NCBI GenBank assembly: GCA_002633005.1
Contig: NMRA01000458.1
Location: 296,872 to 360,871, forward strand
Source of the DNA: Phoronis australis
Taxonomy: Eukaryota; Animalia; Phoronida
DNA length: 64,000 bases
Reading direction: 5' to 3'
Part shown: positions 63,880 to 64,000 of the stretch, in pieces
How the letters are laid out: each line of letters starts with the position of its first letter
How positions within the stretch are numbered: position 1 is the stretch's first letter
Position numbers and translations under genes: made by a program
Notes under the pieces: model-generated
Told to the model about the DNA's origin: nothing
Database searches by the model: none
The model's input: only the letters and a program-made list of their open reading frames with translations

Positions 63880-64000
63880 GATCGAGTTTGTAAGCAATAT
63901 AAATAAATAAATAAACAGGGACAAAGTATTAGGGAATGAATTGGCGTTTATAACCAAGACACTGCCTGAACCATGGAAATGTACGGGAAACCACACCCAA

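Overview
Eukaryotic, intron-rich, AT-rich invertebrate-type DNA (mollusc/lophotrochozoan-like; this is inference). Two intact convergent multi-exon genes were assembled by hand with phase-consistent splice sites. (1) Polycomb PRC2 subunit EED/esc on + (11 coding exons, 1359-14424, 422 aa). It has a U12-type intron and a 48-bp tandem array that multiplies the exon-2 splice acceptor in frame. (2) A 17-exon, 845-aa STAND/NACHT gene on - (49416-31527) with an N-myristoylation-type start, DUF4062, a NACHT NTPase and, in place of the usual WD40/TPR repeats, a C-terminal three-zinc domain with the PHF5A/Rds3 ligand pattern. It has a GC-AG intron and a complete minimal hammerhead ribozyme in intron 6. 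Between the genes is a ~13-kb decayed island with repeated coiled-coil+SGNH-esterase ORF1-like modules, a Kolobok-like transposase pseudogene, a MITE and a HECT E3 ligase pseudogene. The right end (50.5-64 kb) is a retroelement cluster: a Penelope-like GIY-YIG fragment with an inverted terminal copy, Gypsy pol remnants, and a pol-less LTR element whose gag is preceded in frame by a ComEA-like helix-hairpin-helix domain. Three tandem duplications joined at single Ns are probably assembly/haplotype artefacts.
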